The notes under the pieces are model-generated. The model did not search any database, was not told the origin of the DNA, and worked only from the letters and a program-made list of their open reading frames with translations. Source: an uncultured delta proteobacterium (GTDB lineage: Bacteria; Desulfobacterota; Syntrophia; Syntrophales; UBA5619). Taken from it: DNA of 64,000 nucleotides. The stretch covers positions 384,001 to 448,000 of the forward strand of contig CAWFOM010000005.1 in the NCBI GenBank assembly GCA_963817385.1. The letters run 5' to 3'. Numbering within the stretch: position 1 is the first letter of the stretch; every line of letters begins with the position of its first letter. The translations under genes and the position numbers were made by a program. Positions 32,713-43,022 of this stretch are shown piece after piece.

Positions 32713-33504
32713 ATGGGTATACTTAGAGCCGTTTGGGCCTATCGCGGTTTTATTCTGGGAAGCGTCAAGCGCGAGTTCCAATCCAAATATCGGAACTCAA
32801 TGATTGGGGTAGCCTGGACCGTGCTCAATCCGTTGGCGATGATCATCGTCTATACGGTTATTTTTTCCCAAATCATGCGCGCCAAATTGCCGGGCAGCGA
32901 TTCCACTTTCGCTTATAGTATTTATCTTTGCGCGGGCGTTCTCACTTGGGGGTTGTTTGCTGAAATCACCGGCCGTGGGCAAAACGTCTTTCTCGAATAC
33001 GCCAATCTCATTAAAAAGCTAAGTTTCCCCCGCATCTGCTTGCCGGTCATTGTTGTCCTCAACGCCGGATTGAACTTTGTGATCAGCTTTGGCCTATTCA
33101 CCGGCTTTCTCATCTTGAGCGGTAATTTCCCCGGGTGGGTGTTTCTATCTCTTGTTCCCGTTTTGGTCGTGCAGATCATCTTTTCCATCGGTATCGGGAT
33201 TATCCTTGGCGTACTTAACGTTTTCTTTCGCGATGTAGGCCAGTTCTTCGGCATTGTCCTGCAATTCTGGTTCTGGTTGACACCCATTGTCTACCCCATC
33301 GCGATTCTGCCGGAAGCGGGCCGTGCGTTCATGGTCTTGAATCCCATGGCTTCCCTCGTTGTTGCTTATCAGGCTATCCTGGTGAACGGTCAATGGCCGC
33401 AGTGGGGGACGCTCCTCCCTGTTATTATTATCGGACCGGCGCTCTGTCTTCTGGGTATGCAGCTTTTCCGTAAACGTGCCGGTGAAATGGTGGATGAGCT
33501 TTGA
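32713..33504 (+). CDS. wzm: ABC-2 glycan exporter permease
   Basis: REFQSKYRNS, LNPL, IKKLSFPR, FRDVGQ, FWLTPIVYP, LNPM. Confidence 0.95.
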   Translation: MGILRAVWAYRGFILGSVKREFQSKYRNSMIGVAWTVLNPLAMIIVYTVIFSQIMRAKLPGSDSTFAYSIYLCAGVLTWGLFAEITGRGQNVFLEYANLIKKLSFPRICLPVIVVLNAGLNFVISFGLFTGFLILSGNFPGWVFLSLVPVLVVQIIFSIGIGIILGVLNVFFRDVGQFFGIVLQFWFWLTPIVYPIAILPEAGRAFMVLNPMASLVVAYQAILVNGQWPQWGTLLPVIIIGPALCLLGMQLFRKRAGEMVDEL

Positions 33505-34727
33505 TAGGCAGCATTCACGTCACCAACCTGGGCAAAGCCTATAAACAGTATCCTACCCGCTGGTCCCGCCTGGCCGAATGGGTGATGCCCTTTCGAGGTA
33601 CGCGGTATCAGCTTAAGTGGGCATTGCAGGACATCAATTTCAGCGTTGATCCGGGTGAAGCGGTGGGCATCATCGGTATTAACGGTGCGGGTAAAAGCAC
33701 CCTTCTTAAACTCATCACGGGGACAGTTCAGCCGACCACAGGAAAGATAACGACCAGCGGACGAATCGCCGCCATGCTGGAGCTTGGCATTGGTTTTCAT
33801 CCTGACTTCACCGGGCGTCAAAACGTAACGATGGCCGGGCAACTGCTTGGATTGAACGTAAATGAAATCGCTGCTCTCATGCCCGACATCGAAGCCTTTG
33901 CTGAAATAGGCGAGTACATCGATCAACCGGTACGTATTTACTCCAGCGGAATGCAAATGCGTCTTGCCTTTAGCGTAGCTACGGCAAGACGGCCGGACCT
34001 GTTGATCGTAGATGAGGTTCTGTCTGTCGGCGATGCCTATTTTCAGCATAAAAGCTTTGACCGCATTCGAGAGTTTCGGAAACAAGGGACTACCCTGCTC
34101 ATCGTCTCTCACGACAAGGGCGCCATCCAATCCATCTGCGACCGTGCCATTTTGCTCAACGCCGGCAAGCTTGCCATACAAGGCGTGCCCGAGGCCGTAA
34201 TGGACTACTACAACGCCATGTTGGCAGACCATCAGAACCAGTATGTAAAGCAGGTTGTGCAAGAGAATGGTAAGATAAAAACGGTGTCTGGCACGGGAGA
34301 GGCTACCGTCTCTTCGATCTCACTGGTCGATGAAAATGGCACCTCCATCGGAGTAGTGGATGTTGGCCAGCATGTCCGGCTATGCATAGAGGTTGAGGCG
34401 CGCACTGACATCGACCGCCTGGTCTTTGGATATAGCATCAAAGACAGGCTCGGTCAGGTTATTTACGGCACGAATACGGATCATAAACAACAACCCCTTT
34501 TGAATGTGGTTGCAGGTTCCCGTCATATTTTTGATATCGCATTCCAAGCCAACCTCGGCCCCGGCTCATACTCAATACAAACCGCTTTGCACAGCACCGA
34601 TACACATTTGGCCAACAACTATGAGTGGCGTGACTTAGCCCTTGTCTTTACCGTGGTTAACATACGCAAGGATCACTTCGTCGGTTGTGCATGGCTTGAT
34701 CCCAAAATAGGAATTTTGCGACAATGA
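33501..34727 (+). CDS. wzt: ABC glycan exporter ATPase with Wzt_C domain
   Basis: GINGAGKSTLL, YSSGMQMRLAF, DEVLSVGDAYFQHK, C-terminal carbohydrate-binding module. Confidence 0.95.
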   Translation: MIGSIHVTNLGKAYKQYPTRWSRLAEWVMPFRGTRYQLKWALQDINFSVDPGEAVGIIGINGAGKSTLLKLITGTVQPTTGKITTSGRIAAMLELGIGFHPDFTGRQNVTMAGQLLGLNVNEIAALMPDIEAFAEIGEYIDQPVRIYSSGMQMRLAFSVATARRPDLLIVDEVLSVGDAYFQHKSFDRIREFRKQGTTLLIVSHDKGAIQSICDRAILLNAGKLAIQGVPEAVMDYYNAMLADHQNQYVKQVVQENGKIKTVSGTGEATVSSISLVDENGTSIGVVDVGQHVRLCIEVEARTDIDRLVFGYSIKDRLGQVIYGTNTDHKQQPLLNVVAGSRHIFDIAFQANLGPGSYSIQTALHSTDTHLANNYEWRDLALVFTVVNIRKDHFVGCAWLDPKIGILRQ

Positions 34728-35122
34728 GGTTTATCTTTTATGCCCAAAACTTCGAAAGATGCTTTGGCGGGTATCAAGGCATATCGAACAGCAGGGAAGT
34801 TACGAATTATACGGGGTCAGGTGAGATGATTGCGTTGAAGAATTCAATCAAGCGATTTGTTAAAGCGGGGCTCCTGGTGGGGTTGAATTTTGTTAAGGAC
34901 CGTCCGCAATTTCTTTTATACGTTACTGTAGTGGTTCGTAAACTTGGGTTAGACGGTGTTGCAAGTTCAATTTATTCACGTTTAACGATTGGTGCGAACA
35001 GCCGCGCAATGGGTTTTAATCACTTTTTCCCGAAGGATGCGCGTCATCTCTCCCCGAGTGCTCGTCAGATCTACGCAGATCTGAAAGCCGCCATCGAACA
35101 CCGCCGGAAAGAGAACCGCTGA
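34724..35122 (+). pseudogene. Internally deleted FkbM/coiled-coil chain-terminator-like gene
   Basis: Starts MRFIFYAQNFE (cf. FkbM 'FISYAQNFED') and ends LSPSARQIYADLKAAIE, with no SAM-binding core. Only 132 aa. Confidence 0.6.
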
Positions 35123-38100
35123 TGCGTATCGTGCTGGACCTACAAGGCGCGCAAACCGAAAGCCGGTTTCGCGGCATTGGCCGCTATACCCTGTCGCTAG
35201 CCAAGGCCATCGTGCGCAACCGGGGCGAGCACGAAATTATCCTCGCCCTGAGCGGCCTGTTTCCAGACACCATCGAACCCATCCGCGCCGCCTTTGATGG
35301 TCTGCAGCCCCAAGAAAACATCCGGATCTGGCATGCACTCGGTCCGGTGCGAGAGCGTGAGCCCGGCAACGAATGGCGTCGCGAAGTCGCCGAGTGCATC
35401 CGCGAGGCTTTCCTCGCCAGCCTGCGGCCTGATGTGGTGCAAGTGTCGGCCCTCTTCGAAGGCTATATCGATGACGCGGTCACCAGCATTGGTGTGTTCG
35501 CCCCCCAGGTCCCGACGGTAGTGACCCTCTACGACCTGATTCCACTGTTGAACCCCGATACTTATCTAAAGCCCGATCCAGTGTATGCACAGTATTACCA
35601 ACGCAAAATCGAGCACCTGAAACGAGCAAACCAATGGCTGGCTATTTCGGAATCGGCTGCAAGCGAAGGGCACAATACGTTGGCGCTCCCGGCTGATGCG
35701 GTAGTTAATATTTCCACCGCGTGCGATGCTGTATTTCGACGCCTGGAAATTACGGAAGCAGAGAAGCAACAATTCTTAGAGCGATTTGGAATCACCCAGC
35801 CGTTTATCCTGTATTCGGGTGGCGCCGACGCTCGAAAAAATCTGCAAGGGTTGATCCGGGCCTACTCGCTACTTCCCAAGCCTTTGCGCGATGCGCACCG
35901 ACTGGTGCTGGCAGGTAAAATGCCCGAGAGCGAAGTGTTCAAGTTACGGAAAACCGCAAGATCGGTTGGTATTCCCAAAGGCTGTCTGCTATTCACTGGT
36001 TACATTACCGACGAAGAGCTGGCCCGTTTCTACAACCTGTGTGCGGTCTTCGTGTTTCCTTCTTACCACGAAGGCTTTGGTCTACCAGCGCTTGAGGCCA
36101 TGTCCTGCGGGGCGCCAACAATTGGCTCCAATGTTACCAGCATCCCCGAGGTGATCGGGCGGGCCGATGCGTTGTTTGATCCACGCGATCACAACGATAT
36201 TGCCGCAAAGATTGTCAGCGTGCTTACAAACCAAGATTTACGCAAATCGTTGTGCGAGCACGCCCTTGTTCATGCTACAAAGTATTCGTGGGATAGCTGT
36301 GCAAAACGTGCCATCGCCGCTTTTGAGCGGCTTCATGAAAATAGGCCAGCCCCCAAACCATCCAGTTGGGTTGCGATTGCCGCTGAGCAAGAGAATGCTT
36401 ATCGGGAATTAATCAATGCGATAGCCGACGTACCCCAACCGCCCGGTGCACTGTCTGATACTGAGTTGATGGCGACTGCTAACTGCATTGCCGGCAACCA
36501 GCAGCTAACTGACCGCATGGCTCGTACCCGCGAACTACCTGAAAGCATCACCTGGCGCCTTGAAGGCCCCTTTGACAGCAGTTATAGCCTGGCGCTGCTT
36601 AACCGAGAGACAGCCCGAGCCCTCGATGCGCTGGGCCATCGTGTCCTCCTGCACTCGACCGAAGGACCTGGTGATTTCCTGCCCAATCCTGATTTCTTGT
36701 ATGCCAATCCGGATATTGCCAGATTACTTGCCCGATCTCAGGAGATTTCCTCCGTTGCTGCCGATGTCACCAGTCGCAATCTTTACCCGCCGCGGGTGGG
36801 CGACATGGATTGCCGAATAAACCTTATTCATCACTACGCGTGGGAAGAATCCGGCTTCCCACAGGAGTGGCTTGAAAGCTTTAACGAGCATCTTCAGGGA
36901 ATAACATGTCTCTCTCGACACGTAGAAAAAATCATGGTCGACCATGGAGTTACCATCCCAATGTCGGTCTCAGGTTGTGGTGTAGACCACTGGGAGCGCA
37001 TCGAACCCGAAAATTGTTATCAGCTTAGAGGAAAGTCTTTTCGCTTCCTCCATGTTTCCTCCTGCTTCCCGCGTAAAGGTGCAGATATCCTTTTGAAAGC
37101 ATACGGCGAAGTGTTTACTGCTTCTGACGATGTCACGCTGATTATTAAAACCTTTCCAAACCCTCACAACGAGATTCACCAATGGCTGGCAGAGGCTTGT
37201 GCGGAACGGGCTGATTTTCCCGATGTGCGGATTATTGAGGATGATCTGACTGACGCTCAGCTTAAATCACTCTATGAACAATGCCATGTTCTAGTAGCAC
37301 CCAGCAGGGCGGAGGGCTTCGGGCTGCCAATGGCCGAGGCCATGCTTTCTGGGCTAGCCGTTATCACTACGGGCTGGAGCGGTCAGTTGGATTTCTGTAA
37401 TGAGGAGACTGCATGGCTTGTCGACTACTCATTCGAACCGGCACAGACACATTTTGGGCTTTTTGATTCCGTTTGGGCGGAGCCCGATGTTGAGCACTTG
37501 GCGAGGACGATACGCGAGGTGTACAACTTACCGCCGGCATCGCGCAATGAACGAGCGGCAAGAGGGAAACAACTGCTGCTGGAGAAGTTTTGTTGGTCTA
37601 ACGTTGCCACGCGGCTCGTTAGCTCTGCTCGCTCATGGGCAAAAATGCCAAAATTGCTGCCGCCGCGCATCGGCTGGGTGACCACCTGGAACACCCGCTG
37701 CGGTATTGCGACTTATTCGGCCCATCTCGTGGAGAATATGTCGGCTGATGTAAAGATTCTGGCGGCGAGAACCAGGCAACTTATACAACTAGATGGGCCG
37801 GAAGTCGTTCGCTGCTGGGAAGCAGGTGAGGATGACACACTAGACGAACTGGCCAGCAGTATCGATGATCATCGGATAGATACATTGGTCGTGCAATTCA
37901 ACTACGGTTTCTTTAACCTAGAGCGGTTCAGTCATTTCCTCACAAGGCAGATTAATGCCGGTAGGACAGTGGTCTTGATGATGCATTCCACCACGGATCC
38001 TGCGCATGTACCTCACAAAAAGCTGGAAAAGCTAAAGGGGGTGTTGGGGATCTGCCACCGCATACTCGTTCACAGCCCAGGCGATCTGAACCGGCTGAAG

Positions 38101-38811
38101 GCCCTGGGGCTGATCAACAATGTCGCGATATTTCCCCATGGCATGCGCGATTACACTCCCCCTTCAAGTGCCAATCCCAAAACTACCATCGCATCGAAGG
38201 ACAACTGCTTTACCATAGCCTCCTACGGTTTTTTCCTGCCTCATAAAGGGCTTTTGGAACTCATTGAGGCCGTGGCCTTGTTGAACCAAAATGGACAAAA
38301 GGTGCGGCTGTATATGGTAAACGCCGAGTATCCGGTGCCGGAGTCCGCCGCGCTAATCCAGAAAGCCAAGGAGAAAATCTCGGTGCTGGGTCTAAGCGAC
38401 CAGGTACAGATGATAACGGATTTTCTCCCTGATGATGAAAGTCTTTCCTTGTTGGCTGATGCCGATTTGATTGTGTTCCCTTACCAAGATACTGGCGAAT
38501 CCTCAAGTGCCGCGGTTCACTACGGGCTGGCGACAGGGAGGCCAATAGCGGTCACACCGCTGTCGATATTTGATGATGTTGCCTCTGCGGCACACACCCT
38601 CCCAGGACATACCCCGAGTCAAATTGCGCAAGGGATCAGTCAGCTTCTCCATGAGATTGCTAGCGGGACGGAGAAGGTTAGGAAGAAGGAAGCAGAGGCA
38701 GCGCGATGGCGCGAGGCTCACCGTTACGTCCACCTGGGTCATAGGCTCTATGGGATGCTTCAGGCGCTTGCACAGCAGAATTGCCCATCGGCCAGTCAAA
38801 CATCGCGGTAA
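35122..38811 (+). CDS. Three-domain GT4 glycan polymerase (WbdA/WbpX-like)
   Basis: MRIVLDLQGAQTESRFRGIGRY; EGFGLPALEAM; second domain HVSSCFPRKG..EGFGLPMAEAM; third domain TTWNTRCGIATYS..GFFLPHKG..YQDTGESSS. Confidence 0.92.
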   Translation: MRIVLDLQGAQTESRFRGIGRYTLSLAKAIVRNRGEHEIILALSGLFPDTIEPIRAAFDGLQPQENIRIWHALGPVREREPGNEWRREVAECIREAFLASLRPDVVQVSALFEGYIDDAVTSIGVFAPQVPTVVTLYDLIPLLNPDTYLKPDPVYAQYYQRKIEHLKRANQWLAISESAASEGHNTLALPADAVVNISTACDAVFRRLEITEAEKQQFLERFGITQPFILYSGGADARKNLQGLIRAYSLLPKPLRDAHRLVLAGKMPESEVFKLRKTARSVGIPKGCLLFTGYITDEELARFYNLCAVFVFPSYHEGFGLPALEAMSCGAPTIGSNVTSIPEVIGRADALFDPRDHNDIAAKIVSVLTNQDLRKSLCEHALVHATKYSWDSCAKRAIAAFERLHENRPAPKPSSWVAIAAEQENAYRELINAIADVPQPPGALSDTELMATANCIAGNQQLTDRMARTRELPESITWRLEGPFDSSYSLALLNRETARALDALGHRVLLHSTEGPGDFLPNPDFLYANPDIARLLARSQEISSVAADVTSRNLYPPRVGDMDCRINLIHHYAWEESGFPQEWLESFNEHLQGITCLSRHVEKIMVDHGVTIPMSVSGCGVDHWERIEPENCYQLRGKSFRFLHVSSCFPRKGADILLKAYGEVFTASDDVTLIIKTFPNPHNEIHQWLAEACAERADFPDVRIIEDDLTDAQLKSLYEQCHVLVAPSRAEGFGLPMAEAMLSGLAVITTGWSGQLDFCNEETAWLVDYSFEPAQTHFGLFDSVWAEPDVEHLARTIREVYNLPPASRNERAARGKQLLLEKFCWSNVATRLVSSARSWAKMPKLLPPRIGWVTTWNTRCGIATYSAHLVENMSADVKILAARTRQLIQLDGPEVVRCWEAGEDDTLDELASSIDDHRIDTLVVQFNYGFFNLERFSHFLTRQINAGRTVVLMMHSTTDPAHVPHKKLEKLKGVLGICHRILVHSPGDLNRLKALGLINNVAIFPHGMRDYTPPSSANPKTTIASKDNCFTIASYGFFLPHKGLLELIEAVALLNQNGQKVRLYMVNAEYPVPESAALIQKAKEKISVLGLSDQVQMITDFLPDDESLSLLADADLIVFPYQDTGESSSAAVHYGLATGRPIAVTPLSIFDDVASAAHTLPGHTPSQIAQGISQLLHEIASGTEKVRKKEAEAARWREAHRYVHLGHRLYGMLQALAQQNCPSASQTSR

Positions 38812-38834
38812 CAAGCGCCAACTATTCGGGATCG

Positions 38835-39869
38835 ATGGAGATTATTTTTAGCCAGAGTTTACGGGGTTTTCTGTGGTCATCCGCACGGAGTGTTTGGCAG
38901 GTGCTACCTTACCCTGTACGACGCAGCAGGTTGATACGTGGTCTTAAAGCAAGGATTTTAAGCAACCATAATGTGCAACTGGTAGGGGCACCCGTATCAA
39001 GTGGGAGTAATTTCAGGTATGTGTCCTCGTTGAGCGAACTGGATGAGATTTTACAGGAACTTGATGCTGCAGCTGCCATTTCAGACGACGAGTTGCGTCG
39101 AGTCTTCACTACGTTTGCGATGAAGTTTCCGCTTGATCTGCCAAAGGATCCCTATTCGAAGGACTACGCCGACCGGCAGTTTGAACTGTACAAATACCTA
39201 CATGGCGAATCATATGATACAAGCAATGAAGTATCGGTATTTGATGTGCAGGCAGCGGCTGATAGGCCTTTCCCTTTTTATACAGAAAGCTCCCAGACCG
39301 TCGGCAATCACTTGATTGCCATAGGGTATCTAATTCGCACGCTTAACCTTCCGCCAAAATCCAGTATCCTGGAATTCGGCTCTGGTTGGGGGAATACTAC
39401 GGTTTGGCTCGCACGGATGGGTTACAAAGTAACTGCTGTAGACATTGAAAAGCGGTTCGTGGAACTGGTTACCGAGCGAGGCAGGCGGAAGCAGTTGAAC
39501 ATCGAGGTCATTCAGGGGGACTTCCAACTGGTCCACCATGTTCAGCGCAAGTGGGATGCTGTGCTGTTTTTCGAATGTTTTCATCATTGCGCTGATCATC
39601 GGTCGTTAATCGAGGGCCTGGATAAGGTGATTTTACCAGGCGGGAAAATCATATTCGCAGCCGAACCGATTACGGATGATTTTCCGATTCCTTGGGGATT
39701 CCGCCTTGATGGCGAATCCCTGTGGGCAATAAGACGACTCGGTTGGTGTGAGCTTGGATTTCAGGAATCCTATTTTAGGGACCTGATGGCCGGAAATGGT
39801 TGGAGGCTCAGCAAACATGTCTGCCCGGAGACTCCGTGGGGTGTCGTTTTTGTTGCCACGCGTCCATAA
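38835..39869 (+). CDS. Class I SAM-dependent methyltransferase
   Basis: ILEFGSGWGNTT, VTAVDI, FFECFHHC, AAEP. Start position uncertain. Confidence 0.85.
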   Translation: MEIIFSQSLRGFLWSSARSVWQVLPYPVRRSRLIRGLKARILSNHNVQLVGAPVSSGSNFRYVSSLSELDEILQELDAAAAISDDELRRVFTTFAMKFPLDLPKDPYSKDYADRQFELYKYLHGESYDTSNEVSVFDVQAAADRPFPFYTESSQTVGNHLIAIGYLIRTLNLPPKSSILEFGSGWGNTTVWLARMGYKVTAVDIEKRFVELVTERGRRKQLNIEVIQGDFQLVHHVQRKWDAVLFFECFHHCADHRSLIEGLDKVILPGGKIIFAAEPITDDFPIPWGFRLDGESLWAIRRLGWCELGFQESYFRDLMAGNGWRLSKHVCPETPWGVVFVATRP

Positions 39870-39903
39870 TGAGATGGGTTGAAAAAGAGGACACCAACAG
39901 ATC

Positions 39904-40030
39904 CACCATTGCCGTAATGCAACCAGGCAAGAGCTTATACAGGACATTAGCCGAGTACGTCGAGATTTTCTATAACCGGCAAAGGGAAACAGGTCAGGCT
40001 CCGGTTCCTCGCAATTTTTCGCAGAAAATT
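39904..40030 (+). mobile_element. IS3-family transposase C-terminal remnant
   Basis: HHCRNATRQELIQDI / AEYVEIFYNRQR matches the IS3 OrfB tail 'TR.EA..I.EYIE.FYNRQR'. Confidence 0.75.
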
Positions 40031-40087
40031 AGTGTTAACCGTGATAATCGCCAACTGAGTTGTGCAAAGGTTTCGAACAAACTTCTA

Positions 40088-41197
40088 ATGACTATCAGCA
40101 ATATCTTCAAAATTATCTTTAATTATTTTCTTCTTTATTATCTTGCGAAGCCACGATCCAAACAAAATGGCTATAATATTTTTGGATATTTTTCGAAGAT
40201 GAATGGCCAGGGTGAAGTTGCCCGTGCATTTGTTAATAATTTAATTGAAGCTGACGAAAAATTTGTTCTTCTGGACTTTTATGATAATCTGCATAAACGG
40301 ATTCCGCGCCGGGAAGAGAATAAGTACCGGAAGTACTATTTGAAAAAGTTTAAATATAGGGTCAATATTTTCTTTGTTGCCCTGGATCTTTTACAAATAG
40401 TCAAAAATAGAATATCATTTATATTTAAACATAAGTACAATATCGTCGCTTTCTGGTGGGAGTTCGAAAGTGGGTTCGAAGAACGGATCCCGATTTTGAA
40501 CGAATTTGATGAAGTTTATGTTTTCAGTGATTTTACCAAGAACATCTTGAATTCGATTGAAAACAGAAACTTTAAAGTAACAAAAATAAAATATCCATTT
40601 ATCAAAAACTGGATCATTGAGGAGGAGCCTGTAGCCATAAAAAAGAGATACAATCTTGAAGGGAAGTTTTGTTTTTTCTTTAATTATGATTATTTAAGCG
40701 GTTACAACAGGAAAAATCCGGAGGCGATTTTATCGGCACTGGCACAAGAATTTCCAGATGAAAAACAGGTGGTCTTGGTTGTAAAAACGAACAACAGCCA
40801 TAGATTTGAAGAAAAGAAAATGAGGTTTCTCAGCAAGGTTAAAAGCCTCGGATTGACAGAAAGGGTGATCATTATCGAGGACCCACAATCAAGAAGTGGG
40901 TTCATGACCCTTCTCAATGCAATGGACTGTTACATTTCACTGCATCGCGGCGAGGGGTTAGGTCTTGGAATTCTGGAGGCGCTCTCTCTTAATAAACCGG
41001 TTATTGCAACAAATTATGGCGGGAACACTGAATACATGAATAATCCGCTTGCCTTTGGGGTGCCATATTCTCTCATAGCAGCCAACGATGATTACAGCCC
41101 TTATATGAATGTAAAGCAGTGGGCCGAACCAGAGCTTAAAGCCGCAAAAAAATACATGCGCGAAGTCCTAAATACTCAATGGAGTCATGAAAAGTAA
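40088..41197 (+). CDS. Glycosyltransferase family 4
   Basis: GQGEVAR, WWEFE, FFFNYDYLS..RKNP, YISLHRGEGLGL..EA, ATNYGGNTEYM. The ORF-track N-terminus is IS remnant. Confidence 0.88.
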   Translation: MTISNIFKIIFNYFLLYYLAKPRSKQNGYNIFGYFSKMNGQGEVARAFVNNLIEADEKFVLLDFYDNLHKRIPRREENKYRKYYLKKFKYRVNIFFVALDLLQIVKNRISFIFKHKYNIVAFWWEFESGFEERIPILNEFDEVYVFSDFTKNILNSIENRNFKVTKIKYPFIKNWIIEEEPVAIKKRYNLEGKFCFFFNYDYLSGYNRKNPEAILSALAQEFPDEKQVVLVVKTNNSHRFEEKKMRFLSKVKSLGLTERVIIIEDPQSRSGFMTLLNAMDCYISLHRGEGLGLGILEALSLNKPVIATNYGGNTEYMNNPLAFGVPYSLIAANDDYSPYMNVKQWAEPELKAAKKYMREVLNTQWSHEK

Positions 41198-41271
41198 AAA
41201 TATCTTTATTCTGTATCGAATACCGAGGTGTGTTCAGATTTTGTAGTGGTTTTGCGGCTGACAGATAGAAC

Positions 41272-42230
41272 ATGAACAACGCTATCGACATTCTCCTCGC
41301 CACCTGCAACGGCGCTCCCTATCTGCCTGAGCAGTTGGATTCCCTCCTGGCCCAGACCTACCGCTGGTTGGCGGCTGCTGATACGTGACGACGGCTCTTC
41401 GGACGGGACCCGGGAGATTCTGGAGAACTATCGTTCCCGGCATCCCGACGTAATCATGATCATCCCGAGCGAAGGGCAAAACCTCGGCGCTTGTGGCAAT
41501 TTCAGTCGGCTTCTGGAGCAGGCTGATGCCCCCTATGTCATGTTCTGCGATCAGGACGACGTCTGGCTGCCTGACAAGATCGAGATTACCCTCGCGGCGA
41601 TGCGGGAACTGGAGCGGCAACACGGGGCAGAGACTCCACTGCTTGTGCATACCGACCTGATGGTGGTGGACGAGCGCCTGAATCGGTTGGGCAAATCCCT
41701 CTGGCTTTTTCAGTGTACCGAACCGCAACGCCTGACGAAGCTCAACCGACTGCTGATGCAGAACTTCGCCACCGGCTGCACGGTGATGATCAACCGGGCG
41801 CTGCGGGACCTGGCTGTGCCGGTACCGGCAGAGGCGCTGATGTACGACTGGTGGCTGGCGCTGGTAGCTACTGCCTTTGGCCGGGTGGCCGCCGTGGAAG
41901 ACCCGACGGTGCTCTACCGGCAGCACGGGCGAAACGACACTGGTGCCACGCGGTGGAGCTTTCTTGCTAGCATACGAATATTTTTTGTTCGCGAACGGCG
42001 CCAGGCGGCCATTGCCCTGCTTGATGCAGCGCTGGCGAGCCAGGAGGGTCAGGCTGACCGCCTTTGTTGACCGGTATGAAGAGCGCCTCCCTCCGGCGGA
42101 ACGGGAGATGCTCCGCGCATTCTGTTCGCTCCGCCGCCGAAACTTCATCATGCGCCGCTACCTGACGCTGCGGTACGGGTTCTTCTATTCGAACGCCCCG
42201 AGGAATCTGGGGCTGCTGCTGTTGCAGTGA
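41272..42230 (+). CDS. Glycosyltransferase family 2, rhamnosyltransferase-like (two +1 frameshifts)
   Basis: IDILLATCNG..QLDSLLAQTY, IRDDGSSDGT, MFCDQDDVWLPDK, NFATGCT, YRQHG. Confidence 0.9.
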
Positions 42231-42281
42231 AAGAGACAGGGAAAGAGGCCTTCACGGTTTGAACGAATCGGCCATCGACTA

Positions 42282-43022
42282 TTGACTCCCCACCGCATCT
42301 CCGTCTGCATGGCAACCCGCAACGGCGAGCGCTTCATCCGGCGCCAGATGGAGACGATCCTTGCCCAACTGGCGCCGGACGATGAGGTGGTGATCTCTGA
42401 CGATTCCTCTACCGACAGGACGCTGGAGATCATCCGGTCCTTAGCCGAGTCTCGCATTCGCCTGTTTGCCGGCAATACCTTTTTCAGCCCGACCTTCAAC
42501 TTTGAAAACGCCTTGCGCCAGGCGCGGGGAGATATTATCGTGCTTGCCGATCAAGATGACATCTGGCTCGACAACAAGGTGACGGTGATCCGGGAGAGAT
42601 TTGCCCAAGCGCCGACCGGACCATACCTTATGGCCCTCGACGGCTATGTGGTGGACGATGTCGAACAGGTTACGGAAGATTCCATCTTTGCCCGGCTTCA
42701 CGTGGGGACCGGTTTCTGGAGGAATGTGTTTAACAACCGGTATCTCGGCTGCTGTCTTGCCTTTTCGCGGGATCTTCTGACTGTGGCGCTCCCGTTTCCC
42801 CACCGGATCCCGATGCATGACATGTGGCTCGGGCAGTTGTGCGCCCTTGTAGGGACCGTCGAGTTTGTTCCGGTGAAGACCATCAGGTATCGAAGGCACG
42901 AGGCCAGCCGGACAGAATTCCTCCGCATCCGTTTCCAACCGTGGCTCCAGATCAGACGCCGTTTCTTCCTCGTTGCCCATCTCTTGGGGCGGTCACTTTG
43001 GTACCGGTGGGTAAGATGGTGA
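42282..43022 (+). CDS. Glycosyltransferase family 2
   Basis: SVCMATRNGE, SDDSSTD, LADQDDIW, GCCLAF, HDMW. Confidence 0.92.
   Translation: MTPHRISVCMATRNGERFIRRQMETILAQLAPDDEVVISDDSSTDRTLEIIRSLAESRIRLFAGNTFFSPTFNFENALRQARGDIIVLADQDDIWLDNKVTVIRERFAQAPTGPYLMALDGYVVDDVEQVTEDSIFARLHVGTGFWRNVFNNRYLGCCLAFSRDLLTVALPFPHRIPMHDMWLGQLCALVGTVEFVPVKTIRYRRHEASRTEFLRIRFQPWLQIRRRFFLVAHLLGRSLWYRWVRW

Noticed and set aside
39800..40087. N-terminal extension of the 465-aa GT ORF
   Set aside because: Overlaps the upstream gene and an IS3 remnant; ATG 40088 is the more plausible start.
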